From positions 13,632,001 to 13,696,000 of the forward strand of contig CP068257.2 of the NCBI GenBank assembly GCA_009914755.4: DNA of 64,000 nucleotides, written 5' to 3'. Both the position numbers and the translations under genes were made by a program. This document shows positions 54,690 through 64,000 of this stretch, in pieces (within the stretch, counting starts at the first letter, position 1; the number at the start of each line of letters is the position of its first letter). The stretch comes from the human T2T-CHM13v2.0 reference genome, Homo sapiens. The notes below the pieces were generated by a model that did no database searches, was not told the origin of the DNA, and saw only the letters and a program-made list of their open reading frames with translations.

Positions 54690-55800
54690 TTTACTATACA
54701 AAATATGTCCCAGAGAGCAAGACCATTAGAATCACTTAGGAGTTTATTAGAAGTGTAGAGTGTTAGACTTCATCCAGCTCTACTGAATCTGGATTTAAAC
54801 TATATATGAATAATTGCAGGTACATTGTTTAAGAGCAGTGGTTTAATTCTCATGTATTCCTAAGTTATTTACAAGCCAATTAATTTTCTTTTAGTGTTCC
54901 TCATTATTTTTAATTTGTAAGAAGTGGCTGTTTTTCTTGTTTATTCTTTGTGATATATTCCTAACACACTGAAAACATTTTGTTTCAATTAGAAATAGAT
55001 CTCAATTTACAGGGTCATTTCAAGGTCTATTGAGATGATTATATCATTTTTATTTGATGCATAGACATGACATAGAGCACTAATACATTTTTATAAATTA
55101 AACCAATGGTGCCTTTAAAGGATAAAATCTATTCGGTCATAATTTTTGTTTTATAAAATCTTCTAGAGTTTCTAGTGTTTTCTTTAAGTTTAAAAACCCT
55201 TTCTTCACACAAGTAGGACTGGTCTGTAGATCTTTCGTTGCATTATGTGCACATTTGTGTGTGTTTGTGTGCATGTACGTGTGCGTGTCATTGCCAGATT
55301 TCATTGTCAGGGTTACACAGGCTTGATAATAGGAATTGTGACATTTTTCATCTTTCACTATGTTTTCTCCAGCATTTTATTGAAAAAAATTTAACCATGT
55401 ACAAAAGTAGAAGGAATTGTATAGGAATACTCATATACCCACTACCTAGATTCTACAATTAACATTTCTTCTAGTTGTGTTATCAGTTGTTTGTGCATAT
55501 ATCTATCCTTTTATGCATACTGTGTGTATCTTATGCATTTCAAAATAAGTTGCACATATTCAGTACACTTTCCCACTAACCAGGTCAGCACATATTTTAC
55601 TAAATAAAGTTTAATATTTGTCTACTGCTTTTCCTACTGAGCAACATTTATATACGATGTAATGCATATCTCTCAATTGTTCCATTCAATGAGTTTTGAC
55701 AAATTCATAAGCCTGTGTAACTCAATCTTTTGTCATAATCACAACTCTCGTACATTGTTCATAAGAGAATAAAATATTACAACTACTCTAAAAAAAAAAA
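54690..55800 (+). mobile_element. Ancient L1 (L1MC/MD-like) 3' UTR ending in a poly-A tail
   Basis: '...catatacccactacctagattctacaattaacatttc...atctatccttttatgcatactgtgtgtatcttatgcatttcaaaataagttgcacatattcagtacactttcccactaaccaggtcagcacatattttactaaataaagtttaatatttgtc...' matches the L1MC/MD 3'-UTR consensus ('catatacccaccacctagattctacaattaacattttgc...gcattccaaagtaaattgcagacatcagtacacttcaccactaaatacttcagcatgcatat'). The element ends 'ctaaaaaaaaaaa' at 55788-55800. Confidence 0.55.
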
Positions 55801-55814
55801 CTCTCTGCAGTTGC

Positions 55815-56212
55815 TCATGAAACTAAACCTTATCACCTAGTAGTTCAACTCTTAGTTACTTCCCAAGATAAATGAAACATCAGGTCCACAAAAAGACTTT
55901 ACAGGAGAGTTCATGCCAGTTTTATTTATATTAGCTGAAAACCAGAAATGGCCCATATGTCCATCAACAGAATAGACAAACTGTAGAACGAAATGTTACT
56001 AGAAATTTTAAAAATATGAACTACTGATATATACAACAAGAATTAATCTCGAAACTTTTTTGCTAAGCATGAGACTTATGAAAGAGTACATGTTGTGTAA
56101 TTCCACTTATATGAAAACAAGCAAAATAAATCTGTGGTGGAAAAAAATTTAAAATATTAGTTGCCTCTTGTGGGCAGGAAGAGAATGACTAAAAAGAGAC
56201 ACTAGTGACTAG
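55815..56212 (+). mobile_element. L1M (L1MA/MB-like) ORF2 C-terminus/3'-end fragment
   Basis: 'cccaagataaatgaaacatcaggtccacaaaaagactttacaggagagttcatgccag...aaaaccagaaatggcccatatgtccatcaacagaatagacaaactgtagaacgaaatgttactagaaattttaaaaatatgaactactgatatatacaacaagaattaatctcgaaacttttttgctaagcatgagacttatgaaagagtacatgttgtgtaattccacttatatgaaaacaagcaaaataaatctgtggtggaaaaaaatttaaaatattagttgcctcttgtgggcaggaag' aligns to the L1M consensus ('cccaagagaaatgaaaacatatgtccacacaaagacttgtacacgaatgttcatagcagc...aaaaagtggaaacaacccaaatgtccatcaacagatgaatggataaac...tgtatgattccatttatatgaaatgtccag...gtggttgccaggggctggg'). Confidence 0.7.
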
Positions 56213-59060
56213 TATTGATATGTGTGGATTTGATCCTGTCATTATGCTGTCTGCTGGTTATGATGTTGGTTTGTTTGTGTGGCAGCTTTATAGTGACACT
56301 GGTCTGTGTGTTTAAGTGTGTTTTTGTATTAGCTGGTAGCAACCTTTTTTCTATATTTAGTGCTCCTTTCAAGATCTCTTGTAAAACAGATCTGTTGGTA
56401 ATAGATTCTCTTAACATTTGCTTATCTGAAAAGGATCTTTCTCCTTCACTTAGGAAGTTTAGTTTGGCTAAAGTGAAATTATTGGTTGAAGATTTTTTTC
56501 TTTAAGAATGTTAAATATAGGTCCCCAATATCTTCTGGTTTGTAGGGTTTCAGCTGAGATATCTGCTGTTAGCCTGATGAAGTTCCCTTTGTAGGTGATG
56601 TCTCCTTTCTCTCTAGCTGCCTTTAACATTCTTTTTTTTTTCACTTTGACCTTGGAAAATATGATGATTATGTTTCTTGAGAATGATCTTCTTGTATAGA
56701 ATCGTGCAGGAGTTCTCTGTATTTCCTGAATTAGACTGTTGGCCTCTCTAGCAAGGTTGGGGACATTATCATGGGTGTTACCCTAAATTATGTCTTCCAA
56801 GTTTTTTGCTTTCTCTCCCTCCCTTTCAGTGATGCCAATGATTCATAGATTTGGCTTCTTTAAATAATTCCATACTTCTCAGAAGTTTTGTTTCTTCCTT
56901 TTTATTTTTTTTTATCTTTGTCTGACTGTCTTATTTCAGTGAACCAGTCTTCAGGTTCTGAGATTATTTCCTCAGCTTGGTTTATTCTGCTGTTAATGCT
57001 TGTGATCACATTGTGAAACTCTTGTATTGTGTTATTCAGCTGTGTGAAATCCATTAGATTCTTTTTTCTACTAACTTATCCCTCACCTCATGTGTTGCTT
57101 TATTATGATTCTTATTTTCCTTGGACTGAGCTTTGTCATCCTCCTGAATCTCAATAATCTTTCTTCCTACCTATTTCTGTCATTTCGGCCAGTTTAGCCT
57201 AATTAAGAACTCTTATTGGAGAACTGGTGCAGTTGTTTGGAGGACATATGACACTCTAGCCCTTTGAGCTGTTGGAGTTCTTATGTTGGTTCTTTCTCAT
57301 CTCTGCATGTGGGTGTTCCTTTAACTTCAGTGTAGATTAAGTATAGTAAATAGACTTATTTTCTGGATGTTTTCACTGAGCTGAGGCTTTGTGCAGGGTT
57401 TTTATTTGAAGCTGACTTCTGTCTCTTGTTTCAGAATGGAGTATGTTAGTGAGGTATTTTTGGTGTTGAAGCTGCGGAATCCAGCAGGTGGTATTTAGGC
57501 TTATTGTTCAGTTGGTAGACTCTTGCTTGATTCTGTGGTTCTCCTATGTTTCTTCACAGTTGCAGCTGTGCTCCCTCTCAGTGCTCTGAAAGTGTGGGTT
57601 CTTCTTTCCCTTGCGTGCTGGCTGTAGATCCCAGCTTAGCACTCCTAGGTTGACCAGTGCAGCTCTGAGGCAATCACAGTGGTTATATTCTTTCCCCAAT
57701 TTGGAGGCAACAGAGGAAGGAACCTTAGTAGTGGTTGTGGCCAAGGGTCATTTGCTTATCTCCTGAGGGCTCCACCCCAGAGAGATTCAGGCCATTAATT
57801 ACTCAGTGTAATCAGCCCAGGATGGAGGGTCTGTGCTGTGGTCCCAAGCCAGGGGTCTGCTGATAGGCAGTAGGATGTGTGTGACCCATGAGAGATGGAC
57901 TGGCCTCCTTTCCTTGGGTCAACTGCAACTTATTGGAGATGTGGATAAACCACTTAGGTTTTCTGCCTCTTCATTAGTGCAAGGGTGGCAAGGGCAGTAG
58001 CAGAGAGGCTTTCAGTTGCCCCTGAAGGCTCTGTCCAGGGAGTTGGTGAGTTTGCTGCTGGCTCAATAGCTCTGGCAGGGGGCGGCTGGAGGCCTAGGCC
58101 TGGAGGACCTGCGTGGTGAGGAGATATAAGAACAACCACCCACCTAACAATCTGGCTAATTTTCCACAGGGTTGCTGCAGTATGTTGGGGGCCCATTCCA
58201 GTCTCTAGTCACCTCAAATTTTTCAGTACCTGGCAATATCAACAGTGAGGCCTACAAAACAGCAAAGATGGCAGCCTGCCCCTCCTTCTGGGAGCTTCAT
58301 CCCAGGGACATTCATCCCTGTTGCTGGCTTAAACACACCTGTAGGAGGGGGCTGGAGACGCCAGTTAGGAGATCTCTCCTAGTAAGGAGGAACGGGATTG
58401 GGGACCTGCTTCAAAAAACAGTCTGGCCATGTTTTAGTGGAGCATCTGTGCTGTGCTGGGGGTCCACTTCAACCCCCAGTCACCTTGCACACTCCAAAGC
58501 CTGAAGACTGGAACGGCTAAGTCGCCCAAACAGCAACAATGATGGCCTGCCCCTCCCTCTGGGAGCTCTATCCCAGGGAGGTTACAAATCTCTGTCAGCT
58601 GGAGAACACCAGCGGGGTGGTTGGAGGCCCTGGTTGGGAGGTCCTGCCCAGTGAGGAGAAATAGGATTTGGGACCCACTTAAAGGAGCAATCTGGCTATG
58701 TTTTCATAGAGCAGCAGTGCTGTACTGGGGTATTTCTGCCCCCAGTCAGCTCAGACTCTCCAAACCCTGAAGGCTGGAGTGGCTAAGTTGCCCAAACAGC
58801 AAAGATGGCAACCTGGCCCACCCTCTGGGGAGCTCCCTCTCAGGGAGGTGCAAAGCTGCTACCAGTGGCTGGCTAGAATTGCACGCCAGTGGGTCTTATC
58901 CTGTGAGGTACTGTCAAAGTGGGGCCTGCCAGGTGTTCCTACTCAGGCCCCTGGATTCAGTCTCTTTCCTAGGGGTATGTACAGAGGCCTCACCTCCCAC
59001 TTTGCTGGAGCTGCAGCTACTTTTGCCAGTAAAAATGCTGAAAAGCAAGTGATTCAATAA
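56212..59060 (-). mobile_element. L1PA-type (older subfamily) 5' portion, antisense: ORF2 start / ORF1 / 5' UTR with tandem monomers
   Basis: Reverse-complement L1 landmarks in order: 'tgtgtggatttgatcctgtcattatg', 'gaaattattggttgaagatttttttctttaagaatgttaaatataggtccccaatatcttctggtttgtagggtttcagctgagatatctgctgttagcctgatgaagttccctttgtaggtgatg', 'cttgagaatgatcttcttgtatagaatcgtgcaggagttctctgtatttcctgaattagactgttggcctctctagcaaggttgggg' (ORF1 antisense), then a GC-rich 5' UTR. Confidence 0.8.
58151..58960. repeat. Three tandem ~270-bp units (plus a diverged partial unit upstream, about 57880-58150) inside the L1PA-type 5' UTR
   Basis: Units start at 58151 ('tctggctaattttccacagggttgctgcagt...'), 58422 ('tctggccatgttttagtggagcatctgtgct...') and 58691 ('tctggctatgttttcatagagcagcagtgct...'). 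Each contains '...caaacagcaa(a/c)(g/a)atggc(a/c)(g/a)cctg(c/g)ccc(t/a)cc(c/t)tctggg(a/g)gct...cagggag...' at about 75-80% pairwise identity. Confidence 0.8.
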
Positions 59061-59065
59061 AAGGA

Positions 59066-59674
59066 CAATTCATTTAAAGCTAATGTCATAGAACAATTTG
59101 AATGTGAAATTGAATTGGCAAAGAAATAAATAAGACCAAGAGGCAAAACGTGAGTTACTTTCCTGCTTCTACTGATTCAGGGCTTCACTATGGATTTTAA
59201 AAATATTTTACTTAAGTATTGCAAATTCCCAAGAAATGTACACCAGTGCTCAAAAGCAAGTACAAGAATAAAATCTACTCTAAAATATTATTTATTAAAC
59301 TGAAAATATTCTTTCCAAAATCAGGATTAAGACATGAATGTCTGCTCCTGTCATTCTATTAAACGTTATATTTGAGGTTCCAGTTAGGTCAATTCAACAA
59401 GACAAAGAAATACAAATGAAGTTAGGCAGATTGAAAAGAAAAAAGTAAAAGTACCTGTATTTGCAGATGACATGATCTTAGATAGATAAACTCCTAGAAG
59501 TCCACAGAAGAAAAATATTAGAGCTAATAAATGAATTCAGCAAAGTTGTAGGATACAAGAACAATATATAAACATGAGTTGGATATTTAAACACTAGAAA
59601 TTAACAACCTGTAAGTAAAATTTGTACAAGTCCATTTATAATAGCATCATAAAGAATAAAACACATGAGAATTT
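59066..59674 (+). mobile_element. L1M (L1MA-like) ORF2 reverse-transcriptase region, sense, degenerate
   Basis: '...gaaaagaaaaaagtaaaagtacctgtatttgcagatgacatgatcttagatagataaactcctagaagtccacagaagaaaaatattagagctaataaatgaattcagcaaagttgtaggatacaagaacaatatataaacatgagttggatatttaaacactagaaattaacaacctgtaagtaaaatttgtacaagtccatttataatagcatcataaagaataaaacac' translates through the L1 RT 'FADDM' motif region with stops and frameshifts. The 5' boundary is uncertain. Confidence 0.65.
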
Positions 59675-60066
59675 TTCTGTCTTTTTTATAAAAAAATTAT
59701 AAATTCAAGGGAGTACATATGCAGTTTTGTTACATAGGTATATTGTCTAATGTTGAGGTTTGGGCTTCTAGTAAGCTTGTCTCCCAAATAGTAAACAGAG
59801 TACCTAATAGGTAGCTTTACAACTCTCAACCCATTCCTACTTTCCCATCTTTTGGAGTCTCCGTCTTTATGAACATGTGTAGTCATTATTTAGCTCTCAC
59901 TTATAAGAGGGAAGATGAGGTATTTGATTTTATGTTTCAGAGTTATTTCACTTAGGATAATGTCTTCCCATCCCATTCATGTTACTGGGAAAGACATAAT
60001 TTCATTAGTTTTTATGGCTACATAGTATTCTATGGTGTATGCATATTTTCTTTATCCACCATAAGG
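59675..60066 (-). mobile_element. L1PA-type (older, PA8-PA17-like) 3'-terminal fragment inserted into the L1M, antisense
   Basis: 'ttttttataaaaaaattataaattcaagggagtacatatgcagttttgttacataggtatattg...catgtgtagtcattatttagctctcacttataagagggaagatgaggtatttgattttatgtttcagagttatttcacttaggataatgtcttcccatcccattcatgttactgggaaagacataatttcattagtttttatggctacatagtattctatggtgtatgcatattttctttatccaccataagg' matches the antisense L1PA 3' end. The L1M reading resumes immediately afterwards ('ataaatttaaccaaagaagtgaaagatttgtacactgaaaattataaaacattgttgaaa'). Confidence 0.75.
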
Positions 60067-61292
60067 ATAAATTTAACCAAAGAAGTGAAAGATTTGTACA
60101 CTGAAAATTATAAAACATTGTTGAAATAAATTAAATGTCTACATAAATAAAAAGACATCCTGGGTCATGGGCTTGAAGACCTAATATTGTTAAGGCAATC
60201 ACAATTCCAAATTTTTTCTGAAGATTCAACATAATCTCATCAATATTTCAACTGCTTCTTTTCTCTTTTCAAAAATGGACGAGATTATTCTAAAATTTAT
60301 ATGGAAATTCGAGGGACCCTGAATAGTCAAAACAATTTTGAAAACAAAAAAGAAAGTTGGGAGAATCCCACATCTCACTTTCAAATCTTACTACAAGGCT
60401 ACATTCATTAAGACAGTGAGGTAGTGGCATAATGACACACTCACAGACCCATGGGATAGAACTGAGAGTCCAAAACTAAATCCGTATGTCCATAGTCAAC
60501 TGATTCCCACAGAGTACCAAGGCCATGCAATGGAAAAACAAATAATATTTTCAACAAATAGTGCTGGAACAAATGAATAGCCACCTGCAGAAAAAAGAAA
60601 TTGGACCCCTGCTTCCTACCATACAAAAGAATTAACTCAAAATGGATCAAAGAGCTAAATATATAGTGTTCCATAACACTATCAGAAGAAAACATAGGTG
60701 TAAATCTGCAAAGTCTTGGACTAGAGAATAGTTTCTTAGATATGGCCACTAAAAGCATAAGTAATAATAACAAACAGTGCATAAATTTGACTATAATAAG
60801 TTTAAAACTTTTGTGCTTTAAATGACACTATCAAGAAAGCAAAAAGACAACCCACAGATTGGGAGGAAATATTTGCAAATTTTACAACTGTTAAGAGGTC
60901 TCGTATACAGAATACATAAAGAACACTTACAACCCAAAAATAAAAAGACAAGTAACCTAATCAAAAAATAAAGGATCAAAAGAGACATTTTTAGGGAAAA
61001 AAAAGATACAAAAACATCCATGATTAATTATTATGGAAACACAAATTAAACCTTTAATGAGAACCACACCACAATTATGAAGATGGCAATAATAATAATT
61101 TTTTTAAGGGCGAGAACAGGTGTTAGTGAGAATGTGGAGAAAGTGGAATGCTAATACACTGCTAGAAAGAACATAAAATATTGCAGTTACTATGGAAGAC
61201 AGTTTTGTTCATCAAAAAGTTAAACATAGAATTACCATATACTCCAGCAATTCCACTCCTAGTTATATACCGAAAAGAAATACAAACATGGT
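60067..61292 (+). mobile_element. L1M (L1MA/MB-like) ORF2 C-terminal half, sense, degenerate
   Basis: Continuous match to the L1M ORF2 consensus: 'ttctaaaatttatatggaaattcgagggaccctgaatagtcaaaacaattttgaaaacaaaaaagaaagttgggag...cttactacaaggctacattcattaagacagtgaggtagtggcataa...tgaatagccacctgcagaaaaaagaaattggacccctgcttcctaccatacaaaagaattaactcaaaatggatcaaagagctaaat...aacccacagattgggaggaaatatttgcaaat...gagaatgtggagaaagtggaatgctaatacactgctag...gttaaacatagaattaccatatactccagcaattccactcctagttatatacc'. Confidence 0.8.
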
Positions 61293-62440
<1,148 letters not shown>

Positions 62441-64000
62441 AATCATTTATTTTGAGTTATACACTAATTCCAGTAATCTTTTCTGCCACTCTGTATATGA
62501 ATATTTTAAACTAATTGAGAGCTAAAGCACCTTTTTATTTCGAAGAATGGTCCTTCCTCAAAACACACTATTTAAAACCAATTCCCCATGGAGTGTCATT
62601 CTTCACTTGCAGAGAATATCTTTCTTAGTCTAAACTATGTGAATACAGACTCAGGTTCTCTTAACCTGTCCAAAACATTTGTAAGCTACTAACTAAAAAT
62701 TCAGCGATACATAGAATTAATTTTCTGGATGATTTCTGGTAGGTACCTATAATAATCAGCAGTAAACTGTTTCTCATCCATGTCTGTTACCTAAAGCCCT
62801 AATAAAATAAGTGTGCTATAGAGTGATAGAATTAGGGGAACCATCTCTTTTTTTACATTAAATATTATGAAAAATATTTTATCTAAGAAAGAGTGTTTTA
62901 AATGATTAAGATGAAAAAGATAAATACTCCATTAGTAATAATGGCTCAACTTTGCTCATTTTAACTAACAGCAGACAGAGTTCCCTCCTTAGAGATATCA
63001 ATATTTGAATGCTTTGGGGCAAAGGGAATAAGATAATAAAATTTAGATCCAAGTCTTACCCAAAGGCATCTACCTGTCCAAAAAAAAAAAAAAAAAAAAA
63101 CCTCTTGAGTCCCCCTTTTCCTCAGAAAAAAATTCCTAAACCTAAATGAAACCGATCACTTTTTCAGGGTTCCCACCTAAGGACGTAGCATGCCATAGTC
63201 ATCTCTCCTGTCTTGTTCTCCACTATCAGCCATATCCAATCCAACACTGTCTAGTGCATTCATTGCAATTTTATTGTTAGGTATAGTATGAATAAACTAA
63301 CAGTTAGTGTATTCCCTGATTGGTTGGGTCACTGTGGGAGACAGAGCCCATTATCGAAGGATAGAAACTGAGCAGGAGCAAATATTTTCTTTCCTTTCTT
63401 CCAGAGCCATCAAGTCACTGGCTCACAAATTAGGCTATGGAACATGGATTCCCCAGCTAGGTCTTTGACTCTTGAGATGTAAAGATGCAAAGATGCAAAA
63501 ACAGTTTGTGATTGTCCACAGTTGACATGGTGAGATTGAGAGTCCAGTGTGCTGTTCTTACCAGCCTATTCCTCTGGAATGACTTTGGCTGTTTTCTTGG
63601 CTACCTACTGTTCTTTTGTTCTCATGTGTTTTCCAACATCAATTTTCCCATTTCGCATCAATTCTGTTAGTGTCCTGATATCTTTCCAATAAATTCCTTA
63701 TCTGCTGGGGTTGGCTTCTGTTATTCTCAACCAAGAATCTTGATCAGCACAATTGCTAAAGACTTTCAGTTTTCTTTCCTAATTATCTTGGAGACTCTCC
63801 ATGTGTCTCAATCTTCATTACTACTACCATGAAAGTGCAAGCTAAAGCACCTATTTTCATTCTAAGGCAATGGCTTCTGACCTCTTCTACCCATATCCAT
63901 GCATATCCTTTCAGAATTCATCTTCTACACTGCAGCTAGAGGGAATTCTTAAAAACAGAAACTGATAATTTCACTTGGCTTAAATCCTTTAATGGCTTCT

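Noticed and set aside
58151-58960. Regularly spaced direct repeats that could superficially suggest a CRISPR-like or satellite array (also the 57-bp repeats at 50778-51005)
   Set aside because: Units are 270 bp and 57 bp with no short conserved repeat or unique-spacer alternation. They sit inside an L1 5' UTR and an LTR U3 respectively, and the host is a primate genome. These are retroelement promoter repeats.
60441-60782. 113-aa minus-strand ORF and neighbouring ORFs (60818-61021)
   Set aside because: They lie antisense within the degenerate L1M ORF2 region. The sense ORF2 itself is broken by multiple stops and frameshifts, so no retrotransposon protein is intact here.

Overview
This window is not a prokaryotic accessory region. 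It is primate nuclear genomic DNA, almost certainly human. The evidence is eleven Alu SINEs, including AluY-type copies, L1 LINE fragments of several ages, MaLR (THE1/MST-type) solo LTRs, MIR elements, DNA-transposon relics, and many A-tail-derived microsatellites. The sequence is AT-rich and CpG-depleted outside the repeats, which fits an intron or gene-poor intergenic region. I could support no protein-coding gene, rRNA, tRNA, CRISPR array, operon or novel defence/biosynthetic system. Every ORF of 60 aa or more in the six-frame track lies inside an Alu, an L1, an LTR, a microsatellite or low-complexity sequence and is judged spurious. The largest structures are two diverged, inverted copies of a GC-rich LTR-type retroelement (about 12630-14284 and about 49506-51700) and a nested L1 cluster (about 54690-62440). 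That cluster contains an older L1PA-type 5' UTR with three or more tandem 270-bp monomers and an AluY inserted at an L1/L1 junction. Items worth a second look are a head-to-head inverted Alu pair (37826-38455), a 224-bp compound GAAA/GGAA STR (31389-31612), a 67-bp CpG-retaining exon-like element (43316-43382) and two local tandem duplications. Coordinates and family assignments were made by eye against remembered consensus sequences and need RepeatMasker/Dfam and alignment to a reference genome to confirm.
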